This document shows positions 58,205-64,000 of a stretch of DNA of 64,000 nucleotides, one piece after another. This DNA comes from Bdellovibrio sp. ZAP7. GTDB taxonomy: Bacteria > Bdellovibrionota > FAC87 > UBA2466. The notes beneath the pieces are model-generated. The model saw only the letters and a list, made by a program, of their open reading frames with translations. It was not told the origin of the DNA and did no database searches. Every line of letters starts with the position of its first letter. Position 1 is the stretch's first letter. The position numbers and the translations under genes are program-made. The stretch covers positions 70,304-134,303 of the forward strand of contig CAMCTJ010000001.1 of NCBI GenBank assembly GCA_945878405.1, given 5' to 3'.

Positions 58205-60040
58205 ATGTCACACACGAACGACAAAATTCGCAATATTGCCATTATTGCCCACGTTGACCATGGCAAAACCACTTTGGTGGACGGGCTCCTCTGGCAAGCT
58301 GGTACTTTTCGCCAGAACCAGCAGGTAGCTGAACGAGCCATGGACAGTCTCGATCTCGAAAAAGAGCGCGGGATTACTCTGGTCGCTAAAAACGGATCCG
58401 TTATTTATAAGGGCGTTCGAGTAAACCTAGTAGACACCCCTGGCCACGCTGATTTCGGAGGTGAGGTTGAGCGCGGATTAGAAATGGTCGACGGAGTTCT
58501 TCTTCTGGTCGATGCAGCTGAGGGTCCACTCCCTCAAACTCGATTTGTTCTTAAGCACGCCATGGAACGCGATTTAAAAATCGTGGTCGTCATGAATAAG
58601 ATCGACCGACCCGATGCGCGGCCCAAAGAAGTTCTCGATGAAGTTTACGGTTTGTTTTTAGATTTAGATGCGAAAGATCACCAAATTGACTTTCCCATTA
58701 TTTACACGAATGCGCGAAAGAGAATCGCGGTAAAAGACCCCGAAGACCGAGAAAACGGAAAAGATCTCACATTACTTTTCGATGCTATCTTAGAACATAT
58801 TCCCGGACCAAAAATTGAAGAAGGTCCGCTTCGAATGTTAATCACCAATACGAATTATAGTGATTACCTAGGCCGTTTGGCTGTTGGAAAAATTTTTTCG
58901 GGACAAGTAAAAATCGGAGACAAGGTCATTCTTTGCCAAGAAAATGGCGCCTCCCCTGAGACAAAGATTACTGCTCTTTTTGCCTACGAAGGACTGAAGA
59001 CTGTACCCGTTGAAGTAGCCGGCGCTGGAGACATTGCGATTGTCGCCGGAATTGAAGAACTTAAAATCGGAGATACGGTTTGTGAGGCAGGAAAGCCCGA
59101 ACCTCTAAAACGTATTTACGTTGAACAGCCCACCATTTCGATTGAGATGCTCGTCAATGGCTCTCCCACAGCGGGCAGAGATGGGAATCGTTTAACTTCC
59201 AGAGTGCTTTGGGATCGTATTGAGAAAGAATTAAGAACCAACGTTTCTTTACTTGCGGAACGCGGACAAACCAGTGACGTAATTATTTTGAGAGGTCGCG
59301 GAGAACTTCAGTTTGCAGTGCTTGCTGAACAAATGCGTCGAGAAGGCTTTGAGTTCATGTTGGGAAGACCTAAAGTAATCAATCGCGATAATAATGGGGT
59401 TTTAGAAGAGCCTCTAGAACACGTCGTTATGGATATCCCTGAAAACTGTGTGGGCGCCGTCACAGAAAAGTTAGGCATTCGAAAAGGGGAGATGACCAAC
59501 CTTCAGAAAATGGGAGCTGATCGAGTCCGTTTGGAGTTTGATATTCCTTCACGAGGTCTGATTGGTTTTAGAGCTCAATTTCTGAATGACACTCGCGGAC
59601 TTGGATTGATGAGTTCCTATTTTAATGGATACATTCCTCATAAAGGGCACATCATTGATCGTATCAATGGAGCCTTGGTTGCGGATCGTCCTGGTAAAAC
59701 CACTCCTTACGCTATTTTTAATCTCGAAGATCGTGGGAAAATGCTGGTTAAAGAAGGCACTGAGGTCTACGAAGGCATGATCATCGGGGAGAATAATCGC
59801 CCCAATGATATTAACGTAGACATTACCCGCGAGAAAAAGCTTACGAATATCCGAGCTGCAGGAAGCGATGAAAACATCATCTTGACCCCTGTTCCCGCGC
59901 TCACTTTGGAATGGTGCATTGCCTGGTTAGCAGATGACGAAGTCGTTGAAGTGACCCCAAATCACTTACGTTTGAGAAAGCGCGTCCTTGCGTCCAATAA
60001 ACGTTCCATCATCCGAACGCCTAAAGACGAAAAAGACTGA
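58205..60040 (+). CDS. typA: Translational GTPase TypA/BipA
   Basis: [22 protein letters not shown]...[14 protein letters not shown]...NKIDR. 611 aa, EF-G-like domain layout. Confidence 0.95.
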   Translation: MSHTNDKIRNIAIIAHVDHGKTTLVDGLLWQAGTFRQNQQVAERAMDSLDLEKERGITLVAKNGSVIYKGVRVNLVDTPGHADFGGEVERGLEMVDGVLLLVDAAEGPLPQTRFVLKHAMERDLKIVVVMNKIDRPDARPKEVLDEVYGLFLDLDAKDHQIDFPIIYTNARKRIAVKDPEDRENGKDLTLLFDAILEHIPGPKIEEGPLRMLITNTNYSDYLGRLAVGKIFSGQVKIGDKVILCQENGASPETKITALFAYEGLKTVPVEVAGAGDIAIVAGIEELKIGDTVCEAGKPEPLKRIYVEQPTISIEMLVNGSPTAGRDGNRLTSRVLWDRIEKELRTNVSLLAERGQTSDVIILRGRGELQFAVLAEQMRREGFEFMLGRPKVINRDNNGVLEEPLEHVVMDIPENCVGAVTEKLGIRKGEMTNLQKMGADRVRLEFDIPSRGLIGFRAQFLNDTRGLGLMSSYFNGYIPHKGHIIDRINGALVADRPGKTTPYAIFNLEDRGKMLVKEGTEVYEGMIIGENNRPNDINVDITREKKLTNIRAAGSDENIILTPVPALTLEWCIAWLADDEVVEVTPNHLRLRKRVLASNKRSIIRTPKDEKD

Positions 60041-60091
60041 TCTCCACTTCTTGCCTTAATTTTCTGAAAAATCTATAATTTAGGATACTTT

Positions 60092-61222
60092 ATGGCTACG
60101 TCTGTCGACATTCGAAAACAAATTGGTCAACTCTTCTTAGTAGGTTTTGACGGTTACACTGTTCCCGCAGATTTCAAAAAAGCGATTCAAGAATTCAATA
60201 TCGGTGGAACCATTTACTTCCGGAGAAATGCTGAATCTCCAGTTCAACTAGCAATGCTGTCGAATAGCCTTCAGTTTGAGTGTCGCTTGAAAGATTCCCC
60301 CCCTCTCCTCATTTCCATTGATCATGAGGGAGGAAAAGTGAATCGCCTTTCTCCACCTTTTACACAATTTCCAGGAATGGACCTCGTTGGCGAAATCGGT
60401 TCTCCCAAATTGGCCTTTCATTTGGGGCTAGCAATGGGAGAAGAACTGACAGCGATTGGTGTGAACGTCGACTTTGCTCCAGTAGCAGACGTACTGACGA
60501 ACCCCAATAATCCCATTATGGCAGGGAGAGCTTTTTCTTCCGATCCTGAAATGTGCGCCAAGATGGGCTCAGGAGTCTGTCGTGGTTTACAAAAAGCTGG
60601 GGTTGCAGCAGTAGCTAAACATTTCCCCGGACATGGAGACACTACAGAGGATTCTCACTTAACTCTTCCCTTTGTGGATAGAAATTTTGATGACTGTGAA
60701 AAAATCGAATTCATACCCTTTCGTCGATTAATCAGAAGCCGAGTCGAAGCTATCATGACGGCTCATTTGATTAATAAGAGTCTGGATCCCGATTTGCCAG
60801 CTACACTTTCTCCCAAAATTATTAATGATATTTTGAGAGCTCAACTCAGATTCCAAAAAGTCGTTTTTTCAGATGATATGGAAATGAAAGCAATTGCTGA
60901 TAACTACGGAGTCGAGGAGTCGGCGGTTATGGCCATTCAAGCTGGCTGTGACATGCTCATCTACCGAGGCGATGCGGGATTTCCAGTGGCTGCGTATGAA
61001 GCTTTAGTCAAAGCAGTAGAGAATAAAAAGATCTCCAAAGAGCGCATTGAAGTTTCTGCTCAAAGAGTTCTGAATTTGAAAAAGGGCTATGCAACTCAGC
61101 AGCGCCCAATCGAGATGGCTCAACTTGAAAAAATGATCGGCACTCCAGAACACTTAGCTCTTGCACAAGCAATCGCAAAAAAAGAAATGCCCCAGTTTTT
61201 AGAGGGTCAAGACGAAGAATAA
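60092..61222 (+). CDS. nagZ: Beta-N-acetylhexosaminidase NagZ (GH3)
   Basis: LLISIDHEGGKVNRL, KHFPGHGDTTEDSHL, ...VFSDDMEM... GH3 N-terminal domain only (376 aa), typical of NagZ. Confidence 0.85.
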   Translation: MATSVDIRKQIGQLFLVGFDGYTVPADFKKAIQEFNIGGTIYFRRNAESPVQLAMLSNSLQFECRLKDSPPLLISIDHEGGKVNRLSPPFTQFPGMDLVGEIGSPKLAFHLGLAMGEELTAIGVNVDFAPVADVLTNPNNPIMAGRAFSSDPEMCAKMGSGVCRGLQKAGVAAVAKHFPGHGDTTEDSHLTLPFVDRNFDDCEKIEFIPFRRLIRSRVEAIMTAHLINKSLDPDLPATLSPKIINDILRAQLRFQKVVFSDDMEMKAIADNYGVEESAVMAIQAGCDMLIYRGDAGFPVAAYEALVKAVENKKISKERIEVSAQRVLNLKKGYATQQRPIEMAQLEKMIGTPEHLALAQAIAKKEMPQFLEGQDEE

Positions 61223-61226
61223 ATCG

Positions 61227-61871
61227 TCAGCAAGTTGAAAACAAATCTGGCTGTTCCAGAGATTGCTCTAGGCGACTGCACACGTAATCAAAATCTTCTT
61301 TTCTGTTTTTGAGATCGAGATTGTCGGCTTGGACCGTTAAAACTTTTCCAATTTGGTATTTCTCTATCCACTCGTCGTAGCAAACATTGAGTTGATCCAA
61401 GTAAGAATCAGGGATGTTTTTTTCGTAATCCCTTCCTCTTTGAGCAATTCTTTCCTGCAGACAGGGAACTGAACGCCTCATATAAACCACCAAATCGGGT
61501 GGCGGCAGAAGCTGAGTCATCGTGCTGTACAACTCATAATAATTTTCGTAATCGCGCTTTTCCATCTTGCCACTTTCATAAAGTGCTCTTGCAAAAATAT
61601 GCGCATCTTCGTAAATGGAACGATCTTGGATAGCGGAGCTGGGCCCATAAACAATTTTTTGATGGGCTTGAAAGCGCTTGGAAAGAAAGAAAACCTGCAG
61701 CTGCAAAGACCACCGAGGCATGTTTTCGTAAAAATCCGCCAAATAGGGATTCTCCGCAACGACTTCAAAGTGAGGTTCCCAGCGATATCTCTCTGCTAAA
61801 AGCTGAGTCAAAGTGGTTTTACCCGAACCAATATTTCCTGCAATCACGATAAAACGCTTCGAATTCGCCAT
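61227..61871 (-). CDS. Deoxynucleoside kinase (dAK/dGK/dCK family)
   Basis: FIVIAGNIGSGKTTL P-loop, ...ENPYLADFY..., ...RSIYEDAHIFA... 214 aa. Confidence 0.85.
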   Translation of the reverse strand: MANSKRFIVIAGNIGSGKTTLTQLLAERYRWEPHFEVVAENPYLADFYENMPRWSLQLQVFFLSKRFQAHQKIVYGPSSAIQDRSIYEDAHIFARALYESGKMEKRDYENYYELYSTMTQLLPPPDLVVYMRRSVPCLQERIAQRGRDYEKNIPDSYLDQLNVCYDEWIEKYQIGKVLTVQADNLDLKNRKEDFDYVCSRLEQSLEQPDLFSTC

Positions 61872-61966
61872 GCCTTTTTCTTACTTGGCTCGTTTAAGAA
61901 GGTCAAAGGGTCAGCGTCGTCTGAATACGACTTGGCGTATTAAAAAGAAATGAGTAATTTGTTCGG

Positions 61967-63022
61967 GTGTTAAAAGAAAGAAATAAAAAGGGAGACGCCT
62001 TTGGTGTCCATCGAGTTTTAGATTCCTCAGCCACCCTTCCTCAGGCTGCTGAGCGTCTGGATAATAGCCTTCCCGTTTATAACAATGAAATTTTGATCGA
62101 GGTTGAACGCCTCAACATCGATGCAGCCAGCTTCGTTCAAATGGAAAAAGAAACGGCAGGGAACGCTGAGCGAATTGGCGAAATCATCTTGGAAAATTGT
62201 AGAACGCGGGGAAAACAACAGAACCGCGTAACCGGATCGGGAGGAATGCTTGTTGGTCGGGTAAAGCAAATAGGTTCTCGTTATTCAGGTCCCTTGAAAT
62301 TCAAGGTGGGAGATCGCATTGCAACCCTGGTTTCTCTTACCTTAACCCCCTTACATCTTGAAAAAATTACTTCTATCGACCTGAAAACCCATCAAATTGC
62401 CGCGACAGGTCATGCTGTTTTATTTGAAACGGGGATGGCAACCAAAATCCCTACTGATTTACCCGAAAAAATGGCCATGGCACTTTTCGATGTAGCTGGA
62501 GCCCCTGCGTTGGTTCACGCAACAGCTCGAAAAGGCCAAAGTCTCCTCGTTATTGGAGCCGGAGGAAAAGCGGGTGTCTTAAGCTGCGTTGCTGGGCGTA
62601 ATAAAGTAGGGCCCAAGGGAAAAATTTTTGCGATTGAACCGCACCCTCAGGCAGCCAAGGACCTCAAAAAGCTGGGAGTCTGTGATGCGGTTTGGTCTGT
62701 AGACGCCACCGATCCCTTGGCCGTGCGCAGAATGGTAGAGAAGGCAACGCGTGGTAAACTATGTGATGTAATCATCAACGTTGCAAGCGTTCCCAATACC
62801 GAAGTCAGCGCTTTAATCAGTTGCGGTTTAACAGGAAAAATCATTTTTTTTAGCATGGCCACTTCGTTCACCAAGGTTGCCTTAGGGGCGGAGGGCATCA
62901 GTTCTTCGGCAGAACTTCTTTTTGGTAATGGTTACTACCCAAAACATGCCGAATTTGTAGTGAAACTTGCTAGAGAAAATGAACACTTGAGAAAACTTTT
63001 CATCAGCCGCTACGATCACTAA
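61967..63022 (+). CDS. NAD(P)-binding Rossmann-fold dehydrogenase-like protein, hypothetical
   Basis: 351 aa. LLVIGAGGKAGVLSCVAG dinucleotide-binding motif in the centre. N-terminal region unrecognised. Start codon (GTG at 61967) is uncertain. Confidence 0.45.
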   Translation: MLKERNKKGDAFGVHRVLDSSATLPQAAERLDNSLPVYNNEILIEVERLNIDAASFVQMEKETAGNAERIGEIILENCRTRGKQQNRVTGSGGMLVGRVKQIGSRYSGPLKFKVGDRIATLVSLTLTPLHLEKITSIDLKTHQIAATGHAVLFETGMATKIPTDLPEKMAMALFDVAGAPALVHATARKGQSLLVIGAGGKAGVLSCVAGRNKVGPKGKIFAIEPHPQAAKDLKKLGVCDAVWSVDATDPLAVRRMVEKATRGKLCDVIINVASVPNTEVSALISCGLTGKIIFFSMATSFTKVALGAEGISSSAELLFGNGYYPKHAEFVVKLARENEHLRKLFISRYDH

Positions 63023-63043
63023 AGCCAACCAGGAGAAATCCGA

Positions 63044-64000
63044 TGCAAGGCTCCCTTTGTGAAGTCATCGCTCTCGGCGAATTCAGCCCTTGGGCGAAAC
63101 AGTTATTAAATCACTGGCAATCAGACGACCTGATACAGATTTCATTTGAAAGTAGCATTGCAAGTTTTTGCAACCGCGCGCCTAGCTCGCAAAAAGTGCA
63201 GATTGTGATGATGGAAAACGGACCTGCGAGCAAAACAGGAATTTCACTCTTGCGATCATCTCCCCATGATTTGCTGATTGTCTGGATGGGGCAATCCTTC
63301 ACAAAAGAAGATTGTTCCTTCGCTCTTGAAAACAAATTATTTGGCATCATGGAAAACCCCCAGCTCTCAGATAAAAAAGCACAGGATCTTCTCGTTCGCG
63401 CAGCGGAAATGCGCTCGCAGAAAAATCAATTAACTCACCTGATCCACTCTCTAAAAGGTCTTATTCTTCAATCAGAATCTAAAAACACTGATCAGGAATT
63501 GGTTTCAGAAATGAAAACCGGCCTGGGCAAAGTGGAAAAACTGGTTCACCAATCAAACGTTCATTCGGGATCTTCGATTTTACCTTTAGCCCAGTCACAA
63601 GGGTTAGGAGATGTTCTTCTCACGCTTTCCGAACTTGAAAGAACGGGCACTCTCTGGATTCGAGGTGCGCAATCAGGCCAGGAAGGAAAAGTTGATTTTC
63701 TTCAAGGAAAAATTACATTCGCAGAAACGGGTTCGGTCCAACAGCTAAAGGCTATTTACCGAATGTTTAGTTGGGATACTCCTCGATTTCTTTTTAATCG
63801 CAAAGCCCCAGAGGCCTACGAAAATGGGCAATTGATTCCTCTTGAGATGGGTTTATTGGTTCAAGAAGGGGAAAAACAAGCCCAAAGATATAAAAGGATC
63901 CAAAAACAAATTCCCCCTCTCGAATTGAAAGTAGACTTTGTGGCGCAATCTCTCACCGTTAAAACCGCCCTATCACCCAATGATTTTCACACCCTGGTTC
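63044..64000 (+). CDS. DUF4388-domain protein, N-terminal part (truncated by the window end)
   Basis: ATG at 63044 reads in frame to the window edge (319 codons). ...LSELERTGTLWIRGAQSGQEGKVDFLQGKITFAETGSV...YRMFSWDTPRFLF matches the DUF4388 pattern (L...L....tG.L.......G.i.f..G.i..A......G..A......W..G.F.F). Confidence 0.5.

Overview
This is a gene-dense bacterial chromosomal window with about 70 protein-coding genes, three tRNAs, and no rRNA, CRISPR array, integrase or transposase.

The housekeeping gene content (fliC, mreB, tolQRAB, icd-mdh-sucCD-ndk, dapFABL, plsY/plsB, acs, typA, nagZ) and the frequent ATGA start/stop overlaps fit a Gram-negative predatory-type organism, most plausibly Bdellovibrionota-like. 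That placement is an inference from gene content only.

The conserved core is:
- **Start of window:** the tail of a caa3-type cytochrome oxidase operon.
- **7.4-18.4 kb:** coaB; flagellin with a CheD-like gene downstream; a HtrA protease; the TCA block icd-mdh-sucC-sucD-ndk; a hybrid histidine kinase; and plsY.
- **29-64 kb:** plsB; a CpaF/TadA ATPase; trmFO; tolQ-tolR-tolA-tolB; mreB; a PEGA-domain Ser/Thr kinase; ornithine aminotransferase; a missed LptM-like mini-lipoprotein ahead of dapF-dapA-dapB-dapL; acs; a two-component hybrid; a GT4 glycosyltransferase; a BKACE enzyme; nrnA; a DTW protein; typA; nagZ; and a deoxynucleoside kinase.

The accessory-looking material worth a second look is:
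1. **0.9-5.3 kb:** a tandemly duplicated two-gene cassette on the minus strand. Each copy pairs a regulator (N-terminal TPR-like helical domain, C-terminal OmpR-type winged helix, no receiver) with an ATGA-coupled secreted protein.
2. **5.4-7.4 kb:** a GDPD-like phosphodiesterase followed by a fused HAD-phosphatase/nucleotidyltransferase.
3. **18.4-26.8 kb:** a segment bounded by tRNA-Arg and a tRNA-Ser pair. It holds an orphan Dam methylase and several zinc-ribbon proteins: a CPXCG mini-protein coupled to a methyltransferase, and an SPFH/Band-7 protein with a C-terminal ribbon coupled to a Zn-ribbon/TPR protein. It also holds two adjacent signal-peptide-bearing Cys-rich mini-proteins, one with a metallothionein-like C-terminal cluster of 13 Cys in about 37 residues, and a Cys-rich lipoprotein.
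4. **26.8-28.0 kb:** a 407-aa protein of unknown function beside the tRNA-Ser pair, with weak RelA/SpoT-like nucleotidyltransferase motifs.

All calls come from reading the translated ORFs and the DNA by eye. No database search was possible, so family assignments rest on recognisable motifs and carry the stated confidence.
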